DNA of 61,641 nucleotides, filler included, from Sphacelaria rigidula (lineage: Eukaryota): assembly GCA_964200075.2 (NCBI GenBank). It is 10 parts of 10 records of this genome, joined end to end, with 100 filler letters (N's around TTAATTAATTAA, not from the genome) between each part and the next. Parts side by side here need not be neighbours in the genome. Positions count along the whole stretch, not along the records: positions 1 to 6,075 come from CAXNAA020022408.1; positions 6,176 to 12,250 come from CAXNAA020022409.1; positions 12,351 to 18,424 come from CAXNAA020022410.1; 7 more parts are not named here. One strand, 5' to 3'. Numbering within the stretch: the first letter of the stretch is position 1; each line of letters opens with the position of its first letter. The position numbers and the translations under genes were made by a program. The notes below the pieces were generated by a model, which was given only the letters and a program-made list of their open reading frames with translations, was not told the origin of the DNA and searched no databases. This document shows positions 1 to 12,854 of the stretch, in pieces.

Positions 1-166
1 CTTCGTACGTAAGAAAAAGCATCTGCGCTCATCATCGTTATTGTTGCTGTTGCTCGCAATTCACGCACACAGATGGGTGCTCGTCACGGCATCATCCTCG
101 ACGACACACCGGGCATCGTTCTCGACGACACACCGGAAAAATATATTGCCGTGGTGCTCCCTTCAA

Positions 167-267
167 CTACAAAATCATTTCCGAGGGAAAATACTTTTGC
201 ACCTTCAGGATACAATTTCACGTGTCGTTCATCCTCAACAAAAAGCACTATCCTCAACATAGATGAT
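167..267. repeat. Left arm of a ~100-bp inverted repeat (partner 5975-6075)
   Basis: CTACAAAATCATTTCCGAGG...CAACATAGATGAT is the reverse complement of 5975-6075 with about 3 mismatches. Confidence 0.9.
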
Positions 268-899
268 TGGCTGTTATGTTTACTTATCGCGAGGGAAGTC
301 AAGCGCAGTGGGCCATCGACGACCGTTAGGGCGGATTTTGTGTACCCATGGCATGATACTATGAATTGGTTTTGACAGCGTTGCGAGGAAAGACGCATGG
401 ATTTATAGTGGAGGAATTTCATCTTTGACATGACGCACGTACGATGTTTTCGACTAGTTTTCGATTTTTTGCATGAAATACAACGGACGACTTATTTCTG
501 CGAATATTTTCTACCGCTACGCGTGACCTGCCCCCGGTGCTGCGAGCCAATCTTTATGGCGAGGCAACTGCTTTCGAACCCAGGCGGATGTGCACAAAAA
601 TAACGAAGCCCGGACCGCGACACCGCAAGAGCCAAACGCAACCGCTTTGGTGACTAAGCAAAAGCCAGGGCGCAGGAACCGAACACGCTTTGGCATTTAG
701 GTTTTTATTTTGTGATCTCTTTGGGAGTTTGGATTTGATTCGAAATATTTTCGTTTCGTTGTTTGCAGCAACCGGACATGCCAACCACGTGGAACGTCCC
801 GTGGTGACATTTTTTTTGTTTGTTCTAGTTTTTGTTCCCTACCCCCTACGAAGTACTACCGTAGTTGGTTGCGATTTTTTTAACTCAATCCTTCACATG

Positions 900-3060
900 A
901 TTGCAATGGTTTTGAAATTATGGAGAAATAAAATAAAGGGGGGGGATTTTGACTATTTGATACCATGGTTCTCTTTTCGGGTAATATAAAAGGAAAGAAA
1001 AATCATGTGATGGGGTGATTCACGGCGGAGTATTTTGGACGAGTTGATTCGTCGGTTATGGATTTCGAGAGGGAGTTTGATATTTTGCGACGCGCTAGAA
1101 TATTTTCGACAAAGTGATTCACCTGCTCTGGATTTTGGGTCGAACATTTTCAATCGCGGAAAAAACATGGCGTGGATTCAACCTCGAGTATACTTCCGAC
1201 AGTGGGACGGTTTTTAGTCTGGGGTATCACTGAACAATTGACGTTCCACCCGCCGTTCAACATGCGGGACTGACTATGCACCAGGATAACTCACGATAGT
1301 TGATTCTGGGGTCATCAATGTTACGTTTTCATGTACTACCTGGAAGCAATACTCCCTGCAAATCAATATGTAATATTGAATCGGGGGGGGGGCGTTTTAT
1401 TTCTCCAGGTTGTGGCGTTTATTCAAGGAGTAATATCCGTCCTGATATTTGGGTGAGTGTACTGTTGATGCAGAGTAATTTCGTATTCGACTTCTTTGCA
1501 TGCACTTGGACTCTGCTATACAGGGATTGTTTTGTTGTTTATGTCATGTTCTCTCCAGGGTGTGGCGTATATTCAAGGAGTAATATCCGTCCTGATATAT
1601 TTGGGGTGATTGTGCTGTTCATGCAGAGTAACTCCTAATTTGACTTCTTTGCATGCACTTGGGCTTTGGTGTACAGGAGGATTGATTGTTTTGTGAAAGA
1701 GAAAATATTCTAAGAGTGGGAGGATGAGTTTGACAATTTCGGGAATTCATCGGACCGGATGACGAGCGAAATTTGCATCACAGATCAGTAATTCGAAATG
1801 AAGTGGACTGATCAACCGCTATTTTTGGTTTCAATATATTTAGTGCTTACATAGTTTGGGTTTATGTTCCGAGTTTTCTCCCTTATGGGATATAAGCAGT
1901 ACAAGTCGTTGTGAAATGAACGAGTGTGCTGGTACATTAATTTTGTCTGGGTATTCTAGGGTGTATGAAGTGAACGAGGTTCAGAAAAGACGTTTTTCGT
2001 GTTCTGACATAAAAGGATCCAAGCTTGCAAGTTTTCTTTGTTAGGGGTTATATCAACTATTCTAGGCAGTTGATATATGGTCGACATCAGGGAGGCTAAT
2101 GATGTTTTGAAAGTGACTGTGTCTTGCTTTTCTGGGATACAGAGTGGTACAAACAGAAGCAGGTCTTGTGTTCTTGTGTCGGGACAGATGGGAAATCTAT
2201 ACATTTTTGTATTCGAACATACCTCTAGTTTTAGCGATTTGAATTTGAATTGATTCGATTTGAATTTGAATTTTGTTCTCGAACTTGAGGGGAAGTCGTA
2301 CACAGACCACTACTGCGAGTTTTCATTTTGCAGTGATTATTTTGCATACTATTTCGAAGAGTCATGCTATTGTTCAGTGGAATGATATCACGGTCACTGG
2401 ACATGTTGACTGTAGACACTTGCCTGATGTAGACCGTGTTGTAGACGGTATGTTGAACCGAATTTCACATAGACAACAACATCTTGTTACCAAGAGAATA
2501 GTGCGTTTTTGACAGATTCGAGTATTGGAAGGTGGAATATGTTTCTCGAATATCATCATGGTAACTGAGGAGTATGAAAAGGGTGTCCACGGTGCATTCA
2601 TGCGTGAATTTTTGTTATTCCAAGGAAAATTTGGGAACTGCTGGTAATGATTGAGATTGATACACATATATCTATTTGTTGTGTGCTGACTGACGCGAAC
2701 CACTGTTGAAATGCAGCATGGATAGGTTACGAAGAACTGATCATATTCAGGATTTAAGCTTTCGATTGCTAAAGTAGACGAGTTTGCGATGTCTGTACGT
2801 GGCTGAAAAGGTTTTTTCCTGACGGAATCGGTTTTTTTTTTTCAGTTATTGGTAATATAGTGATGGATTCATGTCCGAAAGAACATGAAATATCTTCCGG
2901 TTTTCAGAATGAGGCACTGTGTATGAAACGATCAGTCCTAGAGCCGTAAGCAGGGAGGCTAATCGATTATATTTCTGCTCAAGGATTGTAGCTGTACATC
3001 TGCCTGGATGCAAGGGAAATGGATATGGATCATGACATACAGGGGAAATAGGAATAAAAG
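900..3060 (-). pseudogene. Highly degenerate Ty3/Gypsy pol remnant (RNase H, GPY/F-like, possible chromodomain)
   Basis: Minus-strand translation gives EQKYNRLASLLTALGLIVS...RKIFHVLSDMNPSLY and SGKNL (Gypsy RNase H-like), DLVLL...KPKL near 1880-1850, and NHFVENILARRK near 1110. Many stops and frameshifts. Confidence 0.4.
1398..1692. repeat. Tandem duplication of ~150 bp
   Basis: TCTCCAGG.TGTGGCGT.TATTCAAGGAGTAATATCCGTCCTGATAT...GACTTCTTTGCATGCACTTGG occurs at about 1402 and 1552. Confidence 0.9.
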
Positions 3061-3648
3061 ATAATTCTGTTATTCAAGGTATACCCGATGTAGTGGTTGC
3101 AGTGCATACCTCCTGGGGCGGCACACGCCTTCTTGCGTGGCGAAGAGATGGGATTATGACAAGTCTTTTTTGTATGAGCGTTTCCCGCAGGAATGACTAC
3201 CCCACTTCATTCAGTGTTAGTTCTAGTTCGACGTATTGGTTCGGTGTTGTATGTGTGTGTGAGTGGGCAAACATGGGTGAATTAATTACATAAATGATAC
3301 CTGGTCTCAACTGGCCATGGCAGGCCTACAACTTCCCGCGACAATACACCCGGTGCATGAGGCTTCCCATTACGCTAGCATGACCTGGGTCAGGACTTAT
3401 GTACGGAATGCTAGGGATTTACATGTCGTAGGCTTAGTCCTCCAGGGGATCAGGCTACGCTTCGCTCAGGCAACTTCAAGGTTTCCTTAGGACGTCAAAC
3501 ATGATATAAAATATCTCTGCGGTATTCAAAAGGAGAGTTAAAACGGGTGCTTCAACCACGAGCATCATCAGAACGCGCATACACCGCAGACAAGAAGGAA
3601 CGCAACAACAACGGACAGCATCGCAGCACCACAAGCGCTAACTGGAGC

Positions 3649-3916
3649 AGTACGGTAACCAAGATCGGCAGCGGAAACACCCCCCGGCACGCGCGTCACC
3701 AACTGTAGGATCCAAACGCCAGTGAGCAGCTACAACAAGAACAACAAAATCACAGCTTCTCAGCTTTTATCCCAGATGGGCGGAGGAGCCTCGAAGGCAG
3801 GTATTCATCTTTTTATTTTGTATTTTGAGCTAACTGAAAAAGTACGGTACCGAAGATCGGCAGCGGTAATATCCCTCGACACGCGCGTCACCAACTGTAG
3901 CATCCAAACGCCAATG
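3649..3916. repeat. Direct repeat of ~75 bp (3649-3726 and 3841-3916)
   Basis: Both copies contain AGTACGGTA..AAGATCGGCAGCGG...CACGCGCGTCACCAACTGTAG.ATCCAAACGCCA. Confidence 0.85.
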
Positions 3917-4165
3917 AATAAGCCACGTCCAGGACAACAACGTCATGAGCTTCCCAGCTTCTACCTCAAGACAAGCCGCACTGTTCATAATAAGGCACGT
4001 TTTTCCTTTTGATTTTTTTCCTTCGATTGAAGATTGAATCTTGATAGAACCACCAGGGTCGAAGATTAGGATGACTTCAAGAAGGTTTTGTTATCGGTGG
4101 GTAGTCATTCTATTCTAGTTTTCGATTTGGTTTGCATATTTTCTTGCTTTCTAGAGTGACATATG

Positions 4166-4415
4166 TGACTGCTGCCGAGATAGCACCCCCCCGAACCGGC
4201 CAAAACAGTGCACGGAGGTGGTGATCATGAATGCCGTTAGAGCTGGTTTCCGCTGCAATACGCGACTCATCTGGGCGTTATAGCTGAATTTGGACTGCTA
4301 CACGCCTCTCATGTGGGCGGAACTGCAGCAAACGAGCGCAATAGTCGGATTGCAGCCGGTTTGTCAAACGATCTCCGGTGCACTTTTTGTGGGGGGGCTA
4401 TCTCGGCATTAGTCA
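4166..4415. mobile_element. MITE with ~25-bp TIRs (GATAGCCCCCC family)
   Basis: TGACTGCTGCCGAGATAGCACCCCCC at the left end and GGGGGGCTATCTCGGCATTAGTCA at the right end are inverted repeats. Confidence 0.8.
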
Positions 4416-4693
4416 TGTCCTTGTTCTTCTGTTGAACTGGGGGTGTTATACAACGCCACACTAAATTGATGTCTCGTCACGTGTACCATGTCGAAGATTC
4501 ATTTTGCAGGCTTACAGTCGGATTTTTCTTGTTGGCAAAATATTGCCCTTTCCTGTTATCCCCTGTTTTTTCGATCACTGTTATGCCCTGCTCATCTATG
4601 CAGTATCTTTCATTCATGTATGCCCCGAGGGTATGCCTGTGATATCATATTTTGTCGTGTAGGGGTGTTATATTCCGTCATCTACCGTAGGTT

Positions 4694-4928
4694 GACACTT
4701 TCTACGGTAGCCCCCCCCCAAAAGTGCATGGTTTTGGGAGGCAAAATCTTCACGTNNNNNNNNNAGCACAACGAGCAGCTGGGAATTCTCACGACTGGGT
4801 TCGTTCTAGCCAGTATTGCCAATATGAGGCGCTTCATGCAGCCTGAACCCAAGCATCAGGCGCTGTATGCTCATTTTTTTTGTGACACTTTTAGCTGGTT
4901 TCGGGGGGGGGCTATCGTATAAAGTGTC
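4694..4928. mobile_element. MITE, related TIR family
   Basis: GACACTTTCTACGGTAGCCCCCCCC and GGGGGGGGCTATCGTATAAAGTGTC are inverted termini. The element contains a small N gap. Confidence 0.75.
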
Positions 4929-5824
4929 GGTTATACCGGCAGCATAGTGTTCAACCTCATGCACCCAGCGTACAATTATTCAGTGAAACACTCAACATGT
5001 TGCCTTGTGTCCACAACCACTAGTGTTCTAAACTGTATGGATTGACAGTCAGGACTTCAACTGATCGTGATATCCAGTACAGGAGGGCAAGGCCACATTG
5101 GCTGGTGGTATGAGATGCGGTTGATTTTGTGTTCTCAGACATTGAGCGCTAACGAAGCACGTCGAGCACGCCGATTGCAAGCAGAAACGGAATCTCGAAG
5201 TGTTGTAATGAGTCATCCTACGTAGCATTCTCTCATGTTCAACTGCTTTTTGTGTACTGTAGTCCAGGCTGATTGCTGCTTGCATACCGCACTGCATTAC
5301 AGTCTGCTGTGTACTGGGGCATAATCGAAGTATCATGTGTGCTGCTGCAATATTGGTACATTTGCGTTTCTGATGCTGCGGGCCAATGCGGGCCAATGGC
5401 ATTACTTGTGTTTTTTCGTTTTTACAGATTGTTTGTTGAGCATGCTCCCCTTACCCCTCCCCCCCCCCCCCCCCCCTCCCGCCCCCGCGTTTTACAGCTC
5501 GCGCGCGTCGTACTCCCCCCCCCCCCACTACCCCCCCGGCGTGATCAATCCTGGATTCATGGGTATACTTTGGAAAGCCTTATGCATATACTGTTTGTAG
5601 AGCGTGCATTTCCCCGCATACAAACATGTAGAGAAAACACATTGAGCAAGCATGTACTGTTTGAAATTTCCACGTTTCCCCCCCCCCGGCTAATCAAAAT
5701 TATTGATTTACAGGTATAATAGTATTACTTGACGAGCTTGTGTAATTTACACTGTTGTTGTGCAAACAAACTGCAGTTGAATTGTTTTAGTCCTGGCGAG
5801 CCAGCAAAATATAAGCAGTACTGC

Positions 5825-5958
5825 GTGTGTGAGTTGTCGTCCCATCCATTCTGGACGCCAGTGTGGGCGCACCAACTGAAGTCTGACAGGAGGAGGGTCA
5901 ACACAGGATTTGTTTTTGTTCCTTGTTTGGTTTTAGTACTCCACCTTCTGCGATGCTT
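5825..5958 (-). mobile_element. 3' fragment of tRNA-derived SINE family A
   Basis: GTGTGTGAGTTGTCGTCCCATCCATTCTGGACGCC matches the tail of the copies at 54058 and 57481. Confidence 0.75.
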
Positions 5959-6075
5959 ACTCATGTAACAGCGGATCATCTATGTTGAGGATGGTGCTTT
6001 TTGTTGAGGATGAACGACACGTGAAATTGTATCCTGGAGGTGCAAAAGTATTTTTCCTCGGAAATGATTTTGTAG

Positions 6076-6175
6076 NNNNNNNNNNNNNNNNNNNNNNNNN
6101 NNNNNNNNNNNNNNNNNNNTTAATTAATTAANNNNNNNNNNNNNNNNNNNNNNNNNNNNNNNNNNNNNNNNNNNN
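6076..6175. other. Artificial contig-joining linker (N44-TTAATTAATTAA-N44); repeated at 12251, 18425, 24599, 30773, 36947, 43121, 49295 and 55469
   Basis: Nine identical 100-nt spacers with a six-frame stop cassette. The pieces between them are 6075, 6075, 6074 (x7) and 6073 nt, i.e. sorted by length. Confidence 0.98.
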
Positions 6176-6490
6176 AAGACACAGAAAACAAAAAGCAAAA
6201 GGAGAGAAAAAAGAATCGAAACAAAAAACAAATGCGAGGGGCCGGGGGGGGGGGGGGGGGGGGGGATGCCAAACAACAAACTCTTCTCGCACGATCGAGT
6301 CCTACGCGGACTCGCAGCATACGGTATATTCCACCCCCTGGGAGATACGGAATAAAACGTTTTCACGGCTGCCGCTGCTTTAGCAGCAGCATGTCATAAC
6401 TTTATTTCTTTTTGACCCGCCTCTCGCTTCCTCGCCTTTGGTACCGTCCTATCTCTAATTCATCGTAAAATGTTCTGCCGACAGGTGGTT

Positions 6491-6531
<41 letters not shown>
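6491..6531. repeat. (CTA)n microsatellite
   Basis: About 13 perfect CTA units. Confidence 0.97.
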
Positions 6532-7452
6532 GACATTATTGAAACAATTCTTCCTTCTTAGTCGTCTCTATTTTCATCTTCCTCCTCCTCTTCTCCCCTA
6601 ACCGACCAAATAACCAATCCTTCGATTGATTGATCGACTCTGGGCGAGACATCATCAACTTCAAAATATGTAGGCGATGGCCGACACCAAAAAACTGTTT
6701 TCGCAAAAATGGAGAACACAACAGCAGCAGGAGACTATCCAATACTATGCATGGGGATACAGAGAGCAGATGCGACATCATGAAATAGTGAAAATAAGGA
6801 ACAGTATTGTGTACAAAATATGGTATTCTCCCTAGGGACAGGACCATTTTGGATTTCTAGGGGGGCAAAACTAGTTGCAAAATGGCAAAAATCAAACATA
6901 TAGAGAGAAATCACTTCGACCGTGGTCGTTCGGTGTTCCCTGGTTTGTGTGTTTGCACCTGCTCTAGTCGGGTCCCGTCACTTCTGTACAATCTTTGTTC
7001 TTTCTTTCTCTCCCCATCTCTGTCTCTCCCTCTATGTCTCTTCCCTCCCGATGTATTCAGGTCGCCGTTTTGGTGCCTCGATTCCGAAGGGTTCGCAGAT
7101 GAAAGCTCATACCCAAAATTGTGTGGCTGAAATAGATGAACCGCAACGTATCCCCGCGGCTTCTTGCTTTTTCCTCGATTGGGTAGGACAGCGTGTGCTA
7201 TTGCGCGAGACCTACCTCCTCTCCACCTCAAGCCATGTTACAGAGCCCGGCAACTTTCAGCTGTTTTTTTTCTTTTTTCTTTATCATATCTCGCTGTTTT
7301 TTTTTTCCCAGTCTGCTCTTAGTGTCTGTTTCACATTTCTGTTTTCTTCACTTGCCTTCAGCGAGTGTTTCCGTTTTGTTTCATCTCGGATCCGTCTACC
7401 ATATGACAATGGTTGAATAATGACTGCTGGGGGATCAGTGAATGTGCGACGA

Positions 7453-7735
7453 TCAATGAAATCAATGAAATTAAAAAAATCAAAAAAATCAATAAAATCA
7501 AACCAATGAAATTAATGGAATCAATATAATCAATGGAATCAATATGATCAATGGAATCAATGGAATCCGTCAAGTCAATCAAATCGATCGAAGCAATCGA
7601 AGCAATCGATCAAACAGTCAAATCAGTCAAACCAGTCAAACTAATCAAACTAATCAAACTAATCAAACTAATCAAATCAGTCAAATCAGTCAAATCAATC
7701 AAATCAGTCAAATCAATCACATCAATCACATCAAC
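7453..7735. repeat. Degenerate 9-bp minisatellite (AATCAATGA/AATCAGTCA/ACTAATCAA)
   Basis: Clear 9-nt periodicity with gradually drifting units. Confidence 0.9.
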
Positions 7736-7823
7736 ATACAGATATACAACGATAAGTGATAAAAATGGCATTAAATGAAATGAAAATGATTGAACACACG
7801 CAATACATAGGTCCCTCTCTCAC

Positions 7824-9551
7824 CGATCCGCCGACATGACGTAGTGACGCGCCTGCGGACAACCCTCCAGCCGCGCCAAAACACGAACACAAGCGTCCAC
7901 GATATCCTTCGCGCGCGTCGTCACCCCCTCTGCGCCACCTGCTTCCCCTGCCCCACCACCGCTGCGGCCGCCACCGTCTCCCCCCGACGCTGCCCGGGGC
8001 TCGGCCTCCTCGCCTATTGTCGAAATGGCAAGGCGATGGGGCAGCAGTTGCTGCTGCTGTTGTGGAGGAGAGGCATCGAAACCTCGTGTTTCCAGCTGCG
8101 ATAATTCGCTGAACACTTCCTGCCCCACCTGCATTAATATGAAGTTATGAAGTAATTCCAAAATACAGACGAAATTATAATTTGGATATATGAATGGATT
8201 TAAAAAAAAAAAGTGCAGCACGAAAACAAAAAAAAAGGAAGGGGAAGGGGGAAGGGGGAAAAATAAGAAAAGGTCGAACGAACGAACTAGACGACATGGA
8301 CAAAAGGAACCATCATATACACTATTCACACCCGGAAAAAGTAATTGACAAAGGAGTTGGAAAACAAATTGAAAAAAAGAGATGAAAACGAGAATTGAAC
8401 GAGTTGAAAAAGTGAATGAAAATTTGAAAAAGAAATCGTTGAGAAGAAAAAATAAAAATGAATGAGGTGAGGAGAACGGACAAAACCGTGACGAACAAGA
8501 AGACATGGATGCAACAGTCTGGCAGGGGCGACGGGGGGAAATGGGGATAGGGATGGGGAGCATAAACCAGGGGCCCTCCTCAACACAGGGAGTAAAGTGC
8601 TTTTTTGGTTACCTTGACAGGGGGGTACACGGTGTATACGTGCACAGACAACACAAGCAACAAGTTCAAGAATGAAAAAAAAAATAGCAAAAAAAAAAGC
8701 GCGCGCGAATTGTGGTCTGCTGGAGGATCAACACACATACCACTCCCTGGATCATGACCACCACCAACAAGAAACAATAACTTTGCCTGAAAGCAACTAG
8801 GGGCAGAAAGGCGATACGAACACAGTGTGTGCGATATTATCCGCCCTTCGAAACTTCAGAGAAATTTACGCCCGCGCAATAAACAGTACGGGACAACCGA
8901 CCGTGCCCAGGTAATTTAATTTCAAATAACACAATCAAAACCTATAAGGGGGGAAGATTGACAGGTTTGGATTCCGGTAGGTATGTGTCCAGCTTTTTTG
9001 TTGTCTCTGAGAAATATTTGATTTACGTCGTTCAAAACGTGAGGACGCACAAACACTGGAGAATAACATGTACCACACACACCGGCCTGTGGCACGCTGG
9101 AGTACAACATATATATACCGAATACAATAGATCATGACCCTACACACACTGGAGTATGACTCACGACACACATCAGAGTATGATAACCACCACACACACT
9201 GGAATATGATGCACACCTTAGCATGCAACTCCCTCTCCGCCTTCTCTCCTGTCTCCGTCTCCTCCTCCTCATCCTCGAGTTCGAAGAGGTCGTCGAAGCC
9301 GTCATCCCCCCCGGCACCCGCGGCACCAGCAGCACCCGCCGCCCCCGCCGCCGCGCTTCTCTGGTGCCTATTTAATCTTGCCTTCAGGCCGTCTGCAAAT
9401 GAACCCTTAGCCTGCAGCCCCCCTTTGACACTCATGCTGTCGGTGTTATTGGCGGTGGAGGTCGTGGCAACCCCGCCTCCTATGCCGGCAGCATCCCGGT
9501 CGTCCTTCTCGTTCCCTATCATGTACATTTCAATTTGTTTCGCCCGTGTAT

Positions 9552-9582
<31 letters not shown>

Positions 9583-10726
9583 CGCGCAACGCAGCAGGCA
9601 TAGATATTGCATTCAGCGGACAAACAGAATAGAACAAGGGTATGGTGGAAGTACTCCACGGCGCTGTTTCGTACTATTAATATCATATACCTGTTATTTA
9701 TCCTTCGGGTTCAACACGCTGCTGCTCTAGAAAATACTATATGCAAAAAGGTAACGAAAAATGCACGAAAAATATTTGGCTCTCTCTACTGGTCTATCTG
9801 TCTGCCCGTCTGTCTAGTCACTTTCGCCCCACCCAAACCCTTCCACACACCCGCTGTCCCGCCGCGCGCGCCGCGATCTGTTTCCGGGAGGCTAGTTTAC
9901 TGGCGTTGGGCTACAATATGTCTCTGGTTGACACAATTTTACAACTATCGCTACACCTACCCCTAACCATAACCCAACGCATATCGAGAACCCTCGGGCA
10001 AGGGCGGTACATAGATTTCCCTATGCAAAGTGCGACTGGCCTTGGTAGACCTCAAATTGGCGCCTGTGGCGCCGATTGCAACAAAAACGCGTTCTGCGCA
10101 CTTGGGGAGCACACGGGACTGTCAGTCCTACTAAGGATCCGATTCTCGTTATACACACTCAAATCAAGTAATGTGTCAACCACGGACATGTGTAGCCCAG
10201 CCCCGATAAACTCTACTGGTTTCCAGGCACATTACGTACAGCCTTCTCGATTGAAACACCTGGCATGGGGTCTGCCGTTTCTTCTCAGGACCGAAACACT
10301 GACACACTTAGGCTAAGGTTAAGGCCGTAAAAAGCATCGCAAGTAACTCAAGGTCACTCAGTTGCCCCACCTGCGTTGAAGAATGGATCTTCCTCCGGTA
10401 TTGTCATACCCATATCGATATCCATGTCATCGAATGCGGCATCATCATCCTTGTCATCCTCCATAAAGCGTCGGAGAACGGTGGCTTCAACGCCTATCAC
10501 GCCCTCTTGGCCTCCTCCCGCCTTGGACCGTTGCATACCCACAATAAAAAGGGGGGGGGGGGGGGGGGGGGGGGGGCAACAGGGGAGGCCCAAAAAAAGG
10601 GACAAAAAAAACCAGGGGCAGGCTCAGTTTTTTGGGTCCCCCTGTAACGCTGGNNNNNNNNNNGCGCGCCCGCCCCCCCCCCCCCCCCCCCCGCCGGCGC
10701 GGGCGCCGCGGGGCGGACCGGGAAAG

Positions 10727-10761
<35 letters not shown>

Positions 10762-11820
10762 GGGGGGCAACACGAGACGACGACATAAAGTGACAAAATA
10801 GACCAGGGGACTGCTCAGTTTTTGTGGTCACCCTGTAACGCTGGTTCCAATAATGGACATCATTCCACAGTTGCCGATGTCTAACTCGATGGCCAATCAA
10901 ATTATATTCAGCACTGCCCACAAAAGATGACACGAAGAGGTCTGCATCGACGTGGATTTGCCGCAGTACGGCAATCGTTGCTATATATCCACAGAAATGA
11001 GGAACGCTCGTTCATCGGCCGAAAAGTTGTCGGTGGTATCGGACTGCGCAGCTCCCTCTCCCCGAAACTTATACGAGTGAAATAAAATAAAAAAAAGGAT
11101 AAAAAACATACAAAGAAGCCATTGAAAGCTAAACAAAACATCATTACATAGCCAGGAAACAAAACGCGTCCCACACCAATGAACACACGCACCAAGAAAC
11201 ACTCTCACAATCGCCAACACACCACCATCCTCTGAATTACGCAGGTCAACGAGATATCTCTGCAGCGACTAGGGCAAATCAAACTCTTTGCAAAACAACA
11301 CAACCTCTACACACACCCCACGCCCACTCGCACAACTATAAATATTGTATGCACAATGCGGATTATAATATGTACACTTAATTGGCTGGTTTGGTTGACT
11401 GACCGTCGCACAGGAACCGCATTGTCTCGTACCACGAAAGAAACGGCGGGGCCCAATCTAGATTATGACCAAAACAAAACTCATCAGCATCGCCATTGCA
11501 CGACAAGACGCGAGCACACACACATACACACAATCCTGAAGCGAAGCAAAGCGCAGCGCTGAATGTACAGCGACAAAAGCCACCGAAGACGGGTGTGCAA
11601 CGCACCTCCCCCATGTTCAAACCCGGAGATGTCTCTAAGCCTCCCGCTCCCGTACCCCCCCCCGCTGATCTCCACCCCCCGCCGTCAGACGACAGAAACA
11701 CGCCTCCACATGGACCAGCACCCGCAGCTCCGCCAAATCGAAGTCCCATCGCCCCGGTGCCGAAAGCGGCCGAGCCTGATCTTTGTCTCAGACCCACAAC
11801 CGCGGCGGGAGACGCGGAAC
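7824..11820 (-). CDS. Internal part of a spliced gene of unknown function; exons 11606-11820, 11193-11268, 10832-10980, 10371-10521, 9217-9515, 7824-8128
   Basis: All boundaries are AG/GT and the phases join in frame (0,1,0,1,0): ...LNMGE|SLQRYLVDLRNSEDGGVLAIVRVFL|ATIAVLRQIHVDADLFVSSFVGSAEYNLIGHRVRHRQLWNDVHYWNQRYR|AGGGQEG...PFFNA|GNEKDD...ELHAK|VGQEVFSELSQLE...HYVMSADR. Confidence 0.7.
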
Positions 11821-11875
11821 CTGTTTTGTGTTGTTTTTTGGCCGGGGAGTTGGGAAGGGGAGGGGAGTGTCCGGG

Positions 11876-12180
11876 AGGGGGGGCTACTCATGATCATGCA
11901 TACCATAGTCATGTGATCATTGACCTCCATCCCTACAAGGCCGTGACGGAGCACGCAGGATTTTCGCTGGACCAGGTCCGCAATCAATTACCAAGCGCGA
12001 AGCGCTGTGGTGTGTTCGGCGCGTCGCATGAAGGGTGAGCTGCATCCTGCTAAGATTGTTCGGCCTGACGAGTGCGGATTATCATGCAAATGGATCACAG
12101 CCTCGGATAAGTTGCTTCATTTTTTGCTATCGCCACTTCCAGACCTACGGGTTCTACACTGCCTATGGGTGTCTCACACG
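11876..12180 (-). mobile_element. LINE-related 3' repeat, subfamily 2 (C-rich tail); other copies at about 12416, 13130, 13188-13500, 18190-18424, 37047-37172, 42568-42670, 48700-48795 and 57955-58100
   Basis: Copies share all or part of GCTCCGTCCCGGCTTTGTAGGGATGCGAGGTCAATGGTCATATGACTA...ATGATCATGAGTACACCCCCC, or its upstream body. Confidence 0.8.
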
Positions 12181-12682
12181 GGGGGGGGGGGGGGGGGGGG
12201 TGTTTTGGTTGGTTTGTTTTTTTGTTCTGCCATTGCCAACCGCCCCCCGTNNNNNNNNNNNNNNNNNNNNNNNNNNNNNNNNNNNNNNNNNNNNTTAATT
12301 AATTAANNNNNNNNNNNNNNNNNNNNNNNNNNNNNNNNNNNNNNNNNNNNGGATGGCGTGCCAAGGCGCAACACACAAACAAAACCAAAAAAAGCCCCCC
12401 CCCCCCCCCCCCCCCTGGCATGCATGATCATGAGTACACCCCCCCCTCCCCGCAGACGACGAAACAGTACGGGAATAATAAGATATGTAAAAGTATTCTG
12501 TGTAGTGTATGGAAGAAACGTAATGAGCACCGAAATTTTGGAGGTATCTTTACTATGAATACGGACAGTGCTCCGTCTCGAAAGGGATGCGTGGTCGATG
12601 GTCAAACGACTAAGGCAGGCAACAGCCCCTCCCCCCCCCTACACTATATTCGCCTGTTGTACGTACACTTGTCTGCCCTTAG

Positions 12683-12823
12683 GATGGGAAGATGATTGGA
12701 TTCACGGGACAAACGTACCACGTCTTCAACAAACACGCCTCCTCGGCGTCAGATATACCTTACTTCACGAGCGGTCAGGTGAGTGTACGGGTACCAGAGA
12801 GCGCAACGCTCATGAGAGCTATT

Positions 12824-12854
<31 letters not shown>

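Noticed and set aside
5273..5719. Pro-rich ORFs (also near 6240, 10550-10760, 24500 and 49280)
   Set aside because: They arise from long C/G homopolymer tracts, often at low-quality contig ends.
7544..7778. Repetitive ORFs (SVK/LIK and NQT repeats)
   Set aside because: They are translations of a 9-bp minisatellite with no splice or start context.
10547..10845. Apparent tandem duplication around the gap
   Set aside because: 10547-10652 is an error-rich copy of about 10730-10845 following a poly-G run and flanking Ns, which is typical of a sequencing or scaffolding artefact.
11496..12038. 180-aa plus-strand ORF
   Set aside because: It is the antisense shadow of minus-strand exon 11606-11820 running into a LINE-derived repeat.
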